Shown: positions 51,430 through 63,909, counted from the first letter of the whole stretch. The stretch: 63,909 nt of DNA, filler included, from Octopus bimaculoides (GCF_001194135.2; 6 parts of 5 records of this genome joined end to end with filler, not necessarily neighbours in it), one strand, 5' to 3'. The notes: generated by a model from the sequence alone, not told the origin. A program made the numbers and translations.

Positions 51430-54070
51430 CAAGACATCAAAAGGAAAATATACACAGAAACAACCAGTATCTGAAACGAAAGAGAGTCGTACTGCATGAA
51501 CTGAAAAACATCACTACACCACACGAAAGAGAGGATTCATGATTAACATCCAACAAGAATACCACCGGGTAAGCCATGCCTGTAAGAAACACTTCAACAA
51601 CAAACTGAAGATGATGAAACAGCAACAGCAACGATCCAGCATGGTACGAATCAACACAAATACCCAAACAATATAGTCGGGATTGTCATGTCTGAATGTA
51701 GACTACCAAAAGACACCGAAAAACAATACCTCCACCGCCAACAACAACAGCAAAATCAATTCCACCTCTGAGATGATATGCATGCTTTAGAGTTACCACC
51801 AAAATTCGTTACTGATAAAAATGTCAGAAAAATTGATTGTTTATTTGAGATTGAAAAAAAATTGTTCTTAAAATTAAGATGAAGCTTAGGACAATACAAC
51901 AACAACATCAACAATAAAAATTGCGATATTAAAGTCAACAGTAGTGGTAATAATAATAACAACGTTGATAACCATTCAAACAATTATAACAATAATAACG
52001 ATGATAATAGCAACAACAACAATGGCAACAGCATCCCACACGCAGACAACAATACCAACCACATTATCCACACCACTACCAACAACACCACCCACATCAA
52101 CACCAGCACCGACATCAACACCACACACAACAATAACAACAACAACAACAATGGACATACACAACGCATGTACTACCACCACCAGCACCACCACCACCAG
52201 CAACAATGCCAGCAACAATAACAACAACCACAACGGTAATAATATCCTACACTCTGTCTTCTATAACCCTAACAACAATTCATATGGCATGACGAGGATC
52301 TACCCCACAGACTCACTCTTCAACAAAATGGTGTGTATCCCATCCCAGATTGACAGTGAGACAGAAGCAAAGATACCGTTAGCTAGAAACAGATCCGACA
52401 CGTCTTAGACCGGTACAACAAAACCGCAAAAAAAACATAGTGGGGACGAAACCCACCAACTGCGTTCATCTGTTGCCAAAGGCCTACAAATACTGAGAAA
52501 AATGAAACAGCGAATTGAGAACAGGGAATTACTGTGCCACTCTACGGACAAATCTGGCTGACATTCAATAGACAGCCCACAGGACTACGTGCAGACCATG
52601 CAACAACACATCAGTAGCATGAGAGAAGTTGTACCACAGGACCATGAAAGAGAGGAAAAACTCCCCAATGCACATATGGGATGTGATGCAACATACTCCA
52701 ACCCAAGAAACGGACTGTACTTAATTTTCAAGTGTTCAACAATGATGTTCCTACGCTACACGGGTCACGTAAAGACCATAAACCCTACGTAAACCCAGTT
52801 ATGGTGCCCCCCCAACTCTACACGCTTTGCGGAGCGAATATCTCCAGCAATTATAGACTATCCTACTTTCTCTGACATGTATTACGACCACCCAATGAAA
52901 TGTCCCCAAATGTCTGTGAGCACGGATGATCTCCTCAGTAGAATCAGTAGTTGCAACCACTCCAACGACCTCACAGATTATGTAGTGGGTAGTATGGATG
53001 TAATTTCCCTCTACTCATCTATAGACATAGAATTGTGGTGGAAGAATGCATTGAGATTATCTTTGAATGTGAAGTTGAGTTCCTTGAAGTCAACACGAGG
53101 GAAATAGGACTTCTCTTGAAACTAAGCTATGACAGTAACTATCTGGACAACCATGACTTTAGTAGAATCTACCCTACCAGGTCAGAGAGGGGAAGACCAC
53201 CCAACATGACCTCTAGAAGTGAAGGAAAGCACTGCAGTGCACTGAAGTCGCTAGACCATACCCACCGAAGACCCTGAGAACATCAATGAGGTCAATACGG
53301 TCTAGAATAAAAAAGACTTTGAAAACCACACAGTAATGTGTAACAGAGAACTATACATGTAGGTTCAATGTGCAACCATTGATGTCAGTGTAGCTGGAGA
53401 TATAGCAGGCCTCTTCATGATCTAGTGGGACAGATAATTAAAACAGTCCTTGGCAGCACACTCCACAACTCTTTTTCTTTACTGTAGGTGTGTAGACGAC
53501 ATTAGTATTCTAGTTAAGGCCAACAATAGTAACGGTAAAACATGCAATTCTTTGGATATGACCAGAAAGATAGGCTTCGGGTATATAGGGGAGCTAGAAA
53601 GAAGTTTGTTAACATCATATGTACTGAAAGCAGTGGTACAAGGCCGACAAACATCATAGAATTGTGTTTGTAGGGTCCACAGCGCATGGAGAACTACATT
53701 TGGGAGAGCTCTGAAGGAGATCAAATTCAACATTAAAATCGGCGCAGAGCCAGGAGCTCCATCAGAGCACAACTATGTTCGACGTACTCCTTTGAGAATA
53801 TCACCAGTGATAACTGCATGATATGTAGGACTCACTCAGGCATTAACTGTATAACTAGAAATGTAGTCTGCAGCGTAAGGCGTATAGAAGGTATTTGTAA
53901 AGACAAGAACATGATATACATAGGTGAGACATTTTGGAGCATTAAAGAAAGACTAAATGAACATTTGAGGCAATATGACGACAAAAAACAGTCCTGCCTA
54001 CTATAAAAAATATGCGAAAGACCAACATAGAGGCAATTTGGATCAATTTGACATCTTCATTTTGTGACAC
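51430..54070 (+). mobile_element. Decayed Penelope-like element (RT + Cys-rich linker + GIY-YIG; Neptune-like by linker)
   Basis: KGLQILRKMKQRIENRELLCHSTDKSG, VGSMDVISLYSSI, LYCRCVDDISIL, NCMIC...NCITRNVV...C..K..IYIGETFWSIKERLNEH. The 5' boundary is approximate. Confidence 0.88.
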
Positions 54071-54372
54071 ATATGGGGTCACACATACATGCATACATAA
54101 ATACATATGCATATGCACATGCACACTCACCCACACACATGCGCACAAACAAACAGAAAAATGCAGCACAGTAAATGGACAGAGTCAATGACTATAGAAA
54201 AGCTTGCAAGATGCAACGAAAATTGTTGAAAAAATTAAGTAAATGAGTGGAAAATGAACCGGTAAATGTATTAAATACGAAACAAAAATACAATAACTCT
54301 TCCCAGACACAACAAAATATGCTCCATTACACGAACTCACATAAAATATTTTGCGATCCACATCCCAAACCG

Positions 54373-54423
<51 letters not shown>

Positions 54424-54792
54424 GCGAGAGAGTTAGGGGTTGAGGATTCAACCCACTAAGGGATAGTATCTATCCAATATACTGCTGGGAGGGTACCCAA
54501 TGATTGCTATACTAGTGTTATACCAAGTTCAATAAATGGGAGCGAATACAATTGGGGGGTGGGGCGTTTACCCCAAATTTGTATATCAATTAGAACATGG
54601 AGGATAATATACTGAACCCAACTACTTGCAGACAGTGTATCCCATTGAATTCATTAATTTAATTCATAGCTAAAGTAACAAAAAAAAAAGACACAAAGTA
54701 CAGGTGTTTATGACAGACCATGTTATTTTGCCAACCGGGTTTACAGATAAAAGTACAAAGCACATAAGGAACTAGAGAATCAACAAAAGTTT

Positions 54793-54921
54793 AATCTTAC
54801 AGCTGTTTTGGCCTAGCTTTGGCATGCCCCATTCTATCCGAATAGTTCTTGCCGGAGTGATTATCGGATGAAATGTTGAAATGGGTTTACATGCACGACT
54901 CGCTAGGCCTCTTCAGAGATT
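54793..54921 (-). ncRNA. Type I hammerhead motif with G12A core substitution, probably inactive
   Basis: AATCT CTGAAGA GGCCTAG...CTAGGCC AAAAC AGC TGT A AGATT. Confidence 0.7.
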
Positions 54922-55223
54922 CACAAACAATTTCATACAAATATAGAGTAAGAGGTAAAAACAAAGGTGAGATAGAAGCAAGAACAAAAACAATAGCAAA
55001 AATAAGATAAACATAAAAATAAAAATAAAGATAAGGGTACAGCAATAAAAAATAAATAATAAAAAATACATAAATGAAAAAGGAAAATATAACATATAGG
55101 AAATATAACAATACATAAAAACAAAAATATAAGGCACATAAAGAACCTACAAATAGTACAACTAGCTAGCTATCTCACCTTTGTTTTTACCTCTTACTCT
55201 ATATCTATATGAAATTATTTGTG

Positions 55224-55352
55224 AATCTCTGAAGAGACTTGGCGAGTCGTGCATGTACCCCCATTTCAACATTTCATTCGATAGTCACTCCGGCAAGAAC
55301 TATTCGGATAGAATGGGGCATGCCAAAGCTAGGACGAAACAGCTGTAAGATT
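55224..55352 (+). ncRNA. Type I hammerhead motif with canonical core and about 100-nt stem II
   Basis: AATCT CTGAAGA GACTTGG...CTAGGAC GAAAC AGC TGT A AGATT. Palindromic ACAGCTGT stem III; predicted cleavage after A55347. Confidence 0.8.
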
Positions 55353-55640
55353 AAACTTTTGTTCATTCTCTAATTCCTTATGTACTCCGTACTTTTATCT
55401 GTAAACCCGGTTGGCAAAATAAGATGGTTTGTCATAAACACGTGTACTTTTTTTTTGCCACGTTAGCTATGAATTAAATTAATGAATTCAACGGGATACA
55501 CTGTCTTCAAGTAGTTGGGTTCAGCATATTATCCTCCCTTNNNNNNNNNNNNNNNNNNNNNNNNNNNNNNNNNNNNNNNNNNNNTTAATTAATTAANNNN
55601 NNNNNNNNNNNNNNNNNNNNNNNNNNNNNNNNNNNNNNNN

Positions 55641-55950
55641 GTTGCCAGTACCGCCTGACTGGCTCCCGTAGGATTTTCGAGCGAGATCATTGCCAGTGCC
55701 CCTGGACTGGCTTGTGCGGGTGGCACATAAAAGACACCATTTCGAGCGTGGCCGTTTTCGTGCGGGTGACACGTAAAAGCACCCACTACACTCTCTGAGT
55801 GGTTGGCATTAGGAAAAGCATCCAGCTGTAGAAACTCTGCCAAATTAGATTGGAGCCTGGTGTTGCCATCCGGTTTCACCAGTCCTCAGTCAAATTGTCC
55901 AACCCATGCTAGCATGGAAAGCGGACGTTAAACGATGATGATGATGATGT
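55641..55950 (+). mobile_element. RTE LINE 3' UTR and tail, same family as 36290-36770
   Basis: Near-identical to 36465-36770 with a (GAT)n tail. Confidence 0.9.
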
Positions 55951-56110
55951 ACATTTTTTTCTACTAAATGTATTTAATATTTTTTGTATATTGACTTACC
56001 TAACTTGCTTATCCTTACATTTACTCCTCTACCTGCTCAAGTTCAAATCTCTTGAGCACTACGAAGTGTATTCAATACAAAGTTCCGTTTCTAACCTATA
56101 TCTATTATAT

Positions 56111-56141
<31 letters not shown>

Positions 56142-56948
56142 CACACATACACACACATACAAGACAAATGAAAATAAGAATGGAGAATTATACACCCTCA
56201 AAAGCTTGTTTATTACAGTATTGTAGTATTATATACAACACATTCACTTTAAAAGCTTTTGAGGACGCATAATTCTTCATTCTTATTTTGAATGTCTTGA
56301 ATATACATTCTGTATAATGTATAAAATGCAAAGAAGCAAACTCAGGATTTATCCATTGGGTGCAATACTGTATGACTGCCTACCTTAAATGATTTCTCAT
56401 TGTTCCACATCATTCTATGTGGTTGGCCAGAACCTGGATTATACTAGAGTACTTGTAAAGTACCTACCTGGATTCTAAATCCCTATCCTTCTATGTTTTA
56501 TGTAAATAAATACAAACACATCAAATTGAACTATTTCTCTCTAGACTGCAAAAATGTTCAATAGTCACAATCAATTTTCAAACCTTAATGGGTTCTAGTC
56601 AGAGGTGTCACTATCATTTGACCAATCCCAGAGAAATAAGTAGCCAATCTGTTTATGCACTCAAAAAATCCAGTAGTTAGAGAGAACTGGAGCTACTAAA
56701 GGCCCTTATGCTCCTGCATGGCCACAATCGGATGATGATTGAAACCAGTAAACAAATAAAGTAGTGAGTAAATAATGAATGATTCATCTTTTTAATTACC
56801 ACCAGACAATCTAAATCCACAAATTCTATTCTTTTTGCTTCCAACTATTTCTCTCTATTCTTGTTTTACATTGTATGCAGACAGTCATGAAAATGAATAA
56901 ACAAAGCCTTCATTCCTAATAGAATGGGGTTAATGCATATATATATAT

Positions 56949-57009
<61 letters not shown>

Positions 57010-57011
<2 letters not shown>

Positions 57012-57397
57012 TTGCTGTTGGCACTCCGTCGCTTACGACGACAAGGGTTCCAGTTGATCCGATCAACAGAACAGCCTGCTCGTGAAATTAATGTGCAAGT
57101 GGCTGAGCACTCCACAGACATGTGTACCCTTAACGTAGTTCTCGGGGATATTCAGTGTGACACAGTGTGACAGGGCCTGACCCTTTGAATTACAGGCACA
57201 ACAGAAACTGGAAGTAAGAGTGAGAGAAAGTTGTGGTGAAAGAGTACAGCAGGGTTTGCCACCATCCCCTGCCAGAGCTTCATGGAGCTTTTCGGTGTTT
57301 TCGTTCAATAAACACTCACAACGCCCGGTTTGGGAATCAAAACCACGATCCTATGACCGCGAGTCTGCTGTCCTAACCATTGGGCCATTGCGCCTCC
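57010..57397 (-). mobile_element. Near-complete tRNA-derived SINE
   Basis: tRNA-like head (ggcgcaatggcccaatggttagg...ggttttgattccc) and conserved body ending in a (TG)n/(TA)n tract. Confidence 0.88.
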
Positions 57398-57418
57398 ACA
57401 TATACACATACACACATA

Positions 57419-57639
57419 CACAGGATGATTGAAAAGTTACTCCCTATTTGAAAATACTTATAAATTACTTATTAATTGCAATGTTTTTCTCAAATTATTT
57501 TTGTGTTTGTTCTTTGAAGTATAAATAAAAGCTCAGACTAAATGATTTCCTCTCATACCCAGTTTGTTTTGTAAAAATTACAATTAATAACAATTTATAA
57601 GTATTTTAAAATAGGGAGTTACTTTTCAATCACCCCGTG
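57419..57639. mobile_element. 221-bp Tc1/mariner-type MITE
   Basis: About 48-bp imperfect TIRs cacaggatgattgaaaagttactccctattt..., with TA flanks. Confidence 0.88.
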
Positions 57640-57788
57640 TATATATACACACACACACACACACATATTTAATTGCATAAGTATGTATTTATATGTGTGT
57701 ACTTCCAAACAAAGAAAAGCTCTTGCCTTGGGTAAACAGTGAGATCTACTGGTTCAATACAAGCTTATTTGCATACAACCACAATTTT

Positions 57789-57844
<56 letters not shown>

Positions 57845-58565
57845 TATGTATATACACACATACACTCATATACAAAGATATCCATATAAGCACCACAAAT
57901 AAAACATCTGTGCAAAAATAACATACATACCATGAAATAGAATTATTGTTCGTAACATGTTTATCTAATGTCCCTGAGCTTGTATATCAACAATAGAAAA
58001 GAAAATACACACACACACACACATGATGGCAGCAAATGTATTGATGTAAGTATATAAAGATATATAGCAGAAAGAGGTTAATAGTTAAGTTATTGTGTGG
58101 TATTGTTGCTGCTGTAGTTTAGCCCCAGGTAAATCCTGACTGACTTGATAGACCTATCATCAAAATACATAGCAGTCGTAACCAACTACTTGATATATCC
58201 ATTGCTTTTTTTTTGTTTTAAGATGCAATGATAAGATTAGATTCAAGGAAGGGAGAGATAGCTGCTATTTCTATCAACTTGAGCAGCACATTAAACAGTC
58301 CCTCCTTATAGTATTAATATATCCATTTTGATTAGATCTTCATACACACACATATATATATATACACACACACACCAATCTTCTTTTCAAATATATGTAA
58401 CAAATGTATTTTTTGTAGCTGTTAACAACTCTTGGTCTCACAAACACTGCTGAAATAGGGTGGTGTGGCAAGGTTGGGACAATTCTATAGAAAACAGTCC
58501 AAGGACTGCAAAATACACAACAGTAATCTACATTGTTATTCATGGATAGCATTAGAAATTATGTA

Positions 58566-58795
58566 TGTAGGCGGTGAGTTGGCAGAAACGTTAGCACGCC
58601 GGGCGAAATGCAAAGCGGTATTTTGTCCACCTTTACATTCTGAGTTCAAATTCCGCCGAGGTCGACTTTGCCTTTCATCCTCTCAGGGTCGATAAATTAA
58701 GTACCAGTTACGCACTGGGGTCGATGTAATCGACTTAATCCCTTTGTCTGTTCCGTCTATGTTTAGCCCCTTGTGGGCAATAAAGAAATAAGAAA
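58566..58795 (+). mobile_element. OK-type octopus SINE
   Basis: taggcggtgagttggcagaaacgttagc...gagttcaaattccgccgaggtcgac...; tRNA-like A and B boxes, A-rich tail. Confidence 0.88.
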
Positions 58796-58989
58796 TTATG
58801 TATGTGGGGATGCATATATGTATATAGATATATTTAATTGGCAGGAATTACTCAAAGGCTTTTGATCCAATACAAAGTGACTCAAGGTCTACTGAGTCAT
58901 TTTCTAACATTTGCCAGGAAGGTCATCTGGATGTAGAAAACCTACCACACAAATAGTGGTGCACATATGTAAATACATTTTTTCAGTAG

Positions 58990-60544
58990 ACACAGGTATA
59001 GCTGTGTGGTTAGGGAGCTTGCTTCCCAGCCACATGGTTTCGGGTTCAGTCCCACAACATGGCACCTTGGGCAAGTTTCTGTCGTGTGTGTACATGCGTG
59101 TATAAGTCCTTGTGCCTCCTAACAGAGAGGAGGGAAAATACATACACTCATGTTTTGTGTTCTATTTATCCAGTTTATAGTACCAAATCTATCTGTCTAT
59201 CCATACATTATACACATAAACGTCTGTGTTTGTGCATGTGTGTGTGTGTCTGCGTGTGTATGTACATGCACATGCAGGAGTGACTGTGTAGTTAAGAAGT
59301 TTGTTTCCCAACCACATGGTTCCGGACACAGTGTTACAGTGTGCCATCCTGGATGAGTGTTTTTTACTATAGTCGTTCAAAGTTTTGTGAATAGATTTGC
59401 TAGATGAAAACTCAGAAAGTTTGTGCATGTGTGTGTGCACGTATGCATGCACACACACATATATTTTTCTTTTTACTTGTTTCAGTCATTTGACTGTGGC
59501 CATGCTGAATCACTGCCTTTAGGCGAATGAATTGACCCCAGGACTTATTCTTTGTAAGCCTAGTACTTATTCTATCGGTTTCTTTGGCCAAATCGCTAAG
59601 TTACAAAGATGTAAACACACCAACATCAGTTATCAAGTGATGGCGGGTGAACAAACACAGACACACAAACATATTCTTTTATTTATTTCAATCATTTGAC
59701 TGCAGCCATGCTGGAGCACTGCTTTTACTCAAACAAATCAATCACAGGACTTATTCTTTGTAAGCCTAGTACTTATTCTATTGGTCTCTTTTGCTGAACC
59801 GCTATGTTATGGGATGTAAACACACCAACATCAGTTGTCAAGCAATGGTGGGAGGACAAACACAGACGCACAAACATATACATATATATACGATGGGCTT
59901 CTTTCAGTTTCCATCTACCAAATCCACTCACAAGACTTTGGTCAACCCGAGCCTATAGCAGACACTTGCCCAAGATGCCATGTACTGGGACAGAAACCAG
60001 AACCATGTGGTTGGTTAGCAAGCTACTTACCACATAGCCACTCCTGTATACATATACATAATCATCATTGTTTAACGTCTGTTTTCCATGCTGTCATGGG
60101 TTGGACGGTTCGACTGGGGTCTGGGAAGCCAGGAGGCTGCACCAGCCCCCAAGTCTGCATTACTCTGTAAGGGGCACAAGGCTGATTTCTCAAGCATATA
60201 TATATTCCTCCCTGGGTGGGACACCGGCCCATCACAGGATTACTCTTTTTTACCAGCTGAGTGAACTGGAGCAACGTGAAATGAAGTGTTTTGCTCAAGA
60301 ACACGGAGCATTGCCTGGTCCAGGAATTGAAACCACAACCTTATGATGAATGCAACACCCTAACTTCCAAGGCACGTGCCTCTGCTGAAATATATAATGT
60401 GGCTGTGTGGTAAGAAGCTTACTATCTAACCACATGATCCCTGGTTCAGTCCTACTGCGTGGTACTTTGGGCAAGTGTCTTCTACTATAGCCTTGGTCTG
60501 ACCAGAGCCTTGTGAGTGAATTTGGTAGACAGAAACTGAAAAGT

Positions 60545-60593
<49 letters not shown>

Positions 60594-61270
60594 ATGTATG
60601 TATTCAGTAATCACTCGTCATATCACACCCTCAGTACATTGCAGATTTTTCTGGCTAATATATGTAAATTTATATCGTGAACTCCTCCGTATATCATGAG
60701 TTTCTGTGGCCGATATGTATTTATATTTTTTTATATTTTAATTATTTCTGTGGTAAAATAAGCATTTTCATGCCTAAAAATTAAAGAATAAAAATACAGT
60801 ACTGCACTGTATAACAATAATATATTAAAAGAAAATACATGCATAAACAAAGAATCACACATACTGTATGGAAAATGAAACTTGGGATGTGAGTGTGTTT
60901 TGCATTTATAATAAAATAAATATATGCAAATTATAAAAATACAGTTTCTACTTCACGGATTTTTACCTTTCGCAGGGGTGGAGGTGGAACGTAACTCCCA
61001 TGATAGCTGAGGGATTACTGTATATATATATGTATATGTATATATATCTATGTGTGTGTGTCTTTGTTTGTCCTCCCATCACTGCTTGACAACCAATGGT
61101 GTGATTACATACCTGTAACTTAGCAGTTCAGTAAAAGAGACCAATAGAATAAGTACTAGGCTTTAAAAAATAAGTCCTAGGGTTGATTTGTTCAACTAAA
61201 AAAAAATAACAGTTCAAGGTGGTACTCCAGCATGACCACAGTCAAATGAGGGAAACAAGTAAAAGAATAA
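58990..61270. mobile_element. Dense cluster of at least seven SINE and RTE-tail copies in both orientations
   Basis: Recurring heads (gctgtgtggt...ccacatggtt) at about 59000, 59280, 60040 (minus) and 60400; recurring tails at 59460-59660, 59680-59860 and 61055-61270. Confidence 0.8.
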
Positions 61271-61933
61271 AAGAATTTTCACTGTACACATGCACAAAGG
61301 TATATAAATAATTTGTTCAAAACAATGTGAATAAATAAGCATTACATTTGACAGTAATTTAAATGCTAGTTAATCGACAATAATGGTTTAAAAAAAAAGT
61401 CTCTCTAATTTCATAAATTTCTTTCATTCATTGTAGTAATTTTATGCCCCCCCCCCATCTACTCCATTACAGTATTGTGAAACATCCCATTTTGATTACA
61501 ATGTACACAAACACACTGTTCTTATGTCACAAACATTCTAGCCAATGAATAACTATATTACACTAATCGTGACATGACTAGATATTATAACTAAGTTATC
61601 TAGTTATTTACTTATTTATTATCATTGTTAGCGCTGTCGTTATTGTATCACCAAAGATTAAGTCGCTGACCTTTGGTTTCGGCTTGTTTGAGGCACATTC
61701 CTAGCAAGAAACTGTGTTGATACATTTTATATGTTTACTGTATACTGCAGTCATAAAAGGTTACAAATATAAATATATAAATTTATATATTCTTTTATGT
61801 TTCAACCTTGAGGCTGCAGCTACCATGGTGAGGCACCGCCAGTGATATATATATATATATAAATTAAATTAAAACAGTAGGGTAAAAAGTTGGATATTAA
61901 TTAATATCAATTTAATACCAGGGAACAAGCACA

Positions 61934-61973
61934 TGGACATTAAATAATGACGATACTGTCTGTCTCTGTGTAT

Positions 61974-62007
<34 letters not shown>

Positions 62008-62290
62008 GAAACCACTAGGTGGACTGTTAATGTGCTAGAAGAAGATCACATGTAATGTGTCTACTAAGACACAGTTAACTGTGTCTTACATATATTTATG
62101 TAATTTTCACTTGTCTTGCCCGTACACATTTTTGTTACTCCGCTAAATTTCCTTTGAGAACAATTCGGTCTTAGTAGACACATTACATGTGATCTTCTTC
62201 TAGCACATTAACAGTTCACCTAGTGGTCCCTTTTATATATATATATCAACATACACAGAGACAGACAGTATCGTCATTAATTAATGTCCA
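61934..62290. repeat. Inverted duplication (about 125-135-bp arms, each including a (TA)n tract) with a 97-bp spacer
   Basis: 61934-62070 vs 62168-62290 are reverse complements with few mismatches. Confidence 0.92.
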
Positions 62291-62786
62291 TTTTCCATGC
62301 TTGCAAGGGGCAGGCATATATATATCTGTGTATATATACACATACACACATATATATGTGTGTGTGTGTGCATGTGCGTGTGTGTGTACGTACATATATA
62401 CATTATGTATGAGAAGTGTCAATTATTTCAACCAAACCAGAGTTAAGTATTAACAGTTAAGAATTTTTTTTTTTTTTTTCTAAAGGAAAAACATAATTCT
62501 AATACAAGAGATTTGAGAAATAACGAATCCAACAAATTGCGTGAAAAGTTCCCATTTTTTTCATTCTTTTTATTATTATTATTATTAGTTAGGTCTGGAG
62601 GAAGGGATTATACCCAAGACCTTTGCAGGCCCTCCAAGATAGATGAGGTGAAATTGTAAATGAGTTGATGTTAAGATGATATTTATNNNNNNNNNNNNNN
62701 NNNNNNNNNNNNNNNNNNNNNNNNNNNNNNTTAATTAATTAANNNNNNNNNNNNNNNNNNNNNNNNNNNNNNNNNNNNNNNNNNNN

Positions 62787-63054
62787 TGGAATCTAAAAAC
62801 AGAAACAATTCCTATCATAGTAGGTGCCTTAGGTATAATAAAAAAATATTCAGACAAATACATAACAAAAACACCAGGACTTACAAATATATATAACATA
62901 CAGAAAATTGCACTACTGGGTACTGCACACATTCTACGCAAAACACTTTCAATACAGTAAACATAAGAGCACCACAGCAAACCACAGCACATACCCAAGG
63001 CGCACAGAGCTGCGCTCGGTAGTGAAGTGAAAGCACGTTATAAAAATAAAACTA

Positions 63055-63070
<16 letters not shown>
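62787..63070 (+). mobile_element. R4/Dong-type LINE 3' end, ORF intact up to the gap
   Basis: WNLKTETIPIIVGALGIIKKYSDKYITKTPGLTNIYNIQKIALLGTAHILRKTLSIQ*, then a short UTR and (TAA)n. Confidence 0.92.
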
Positions 63071-63099
<29 letters not shown>

Positions 63100-63175
63100 C
63101 AGTATTGTTGTACTTGGGGATGGACATATTTTGCCAATTAAGCAGACACACTATATGATTGGTCTTTATATCAAC

Positions 63176-63255
<80 letters not shown>

Positions 63256-63440
63256 TACTACTACTACTACTTGTTTCTTTATTAAAACTCTTTCGTCATA
63301 CATCCTGCAATCGCTTCAATGACTTTTTATCCCGTGTCTCTTCTTTTGTTTAGTCCATTGTGTGTGTATGTGTATGTGTGGGTGCTCGCCCGTTAATGAT
63401 CTGTTTATCAATCAACATGACTTTGCTCACTTGTTTATTT

Positions 63441-63568
63441 GGTTAGCCTGATGAGTTGAGAGTCGCATAACATCTTATGTAATCTTATGGATGTTGTGCA
63501 TAATGCTTACCTGGCTCTACTGTGCTAACGTGACAGTGAAGACTCTCAATGAAACAATTGTAGCAATA
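63441..63568 (+). ncRNA. Type I hammerhead ribozyme motif with canonical core and branched stem II
   Basis: CTGATGA at 63448-63454; stem II GTTGAGAGTC/GACTCTCAAT; inner hairpin GCATAACATC/GATGTTGTGC; GAAAC at 63551-63555; palindromic ACAATTGT; GUA cleavage after 63562. Stem I is imperfect. Confidence 0.82.
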
Positions 63569-63909
63569 CGAGATAACCCATTCGCCTGTTTTTATAAAGC
63601 GTCCCGACAATCGGGACTACTTCTCGGACCTGGGACGCCGCCCATCCAACTGGACGCCGCCTCCAGGCCAATTCAGTAGCCTAGACTTGTTCGTGGATGA
63701 CTGTAAGGCGTTGGTCGAGCGTTTCGACTTAAAAAAAAGACCCCTCCGGGCCAATCTCACCCGGGCCGAATCGGTCGCCCTCCGCAATCTCCGCCGCCGT
63801 GACGACATCGTCATCAAGTCGGCGGACAAAGGTGGAGCAGTGGTGGTGTGGCGCGCGGACCTTTACAAGAGGGAAGCGCTCAGCCAGCTTCACAATCCCC
63901 TCTTCTACC
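63564..63909 (+). CDS. Open reading frame of a Penelope-like element, region N-terminal to the RT core; runs off the window
   Basis: No stop from 63564 to the end: ...KRPDNRDYFSDLGRRPSNWTPPPGQFSSLDLFVDDC...NLTRAESVALRNLRRRDDIVIKSADKGGAVVVWRADLYKREALSQL. Contains the PLE WTPP, NLT..E..AL..L and K.ADKG motifs. Confidence 0.9.

Larger units (their letters stand above)
54599..55537. repeat. Inverted duplication (about 375-bp arms, 195-bp A-rich spacer) of an HHR-bearing pLTR
   Basis: 54599-54975 is the reverse complement of 55170-55537 with scattered substitutions. The right arm runs into a gap. Confidence 0.92.

Noticed and set aside
51605-51625. CTGAAGA TGAT GAAAC
   Set aside because: No stems. 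It lies in AAC/AGC low-complexity PLE sequence.
51944-52408. Thr-rich 154-aa mucin-like ORF
   Set aside because: Produced by an (AAC)/(ACC) low-complexity tract inside the decayed PLE.
57330-57397. tRNA gene-like sequences at SINE heads
   Set aside because: They are fused to SINE bodies and lack a complete cloverleaf and terminator.
61650-61705. GAAAC CAAAG GTC with a good stem III on the minus strand
   Set aside because: No intact CTGANGA or stem II partner upstream.

Overview
This is an AT-rich, gap-ridden, microsatellite-dense eukaryotic window, most consistent with an octopus genome (probably Octopus bimaculoides). That call is inferred from the tRNA-derived OK/OR-type SINEs and the 44N-TTAATTAATTAA-44N scaffold linkers. 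No host protein-coding gene can be supported. Nearly all ORFs in the track come from microsatellites, N gaps or decayed transposons. Recognisable content: three Penelope-like elements (PLEs; about 25.9-28.8 kb minus, about 51.4-54.1 kb plus, and an uninterrupted GC-rich ORF running off the window end from about 63.6 kb); several R4/Dong-type RLE LINE pieces next to (TAA)n arrays; RTE and CR1 LINE fragments; many SINEs; two Tc1/mariner MITEs; Helitron-like 3' ends; two minisatellites; and three large inverted duplications. The main hidden signal is six type I hammerhead ribozyme (HHR) motifs from four sequence families, at 84-120, 35912-35994, 45420-45456, 54793-54921, 55224-55352 and 63441-63568, plus degenerate candidates. 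All have a self-complementary or near-self-complementary mini stem III. Two minimal copies carry a non-canonical core, and the others have long, partly branched stem II insertions. One pair sits head-to-head in a roughly 940 bp inverted duplication, and one lies directly upstream of the open PLE ORF. HHRs in PLE pseudo-LTRs are established biology; whether these particular variants are described or active could not be checked here.
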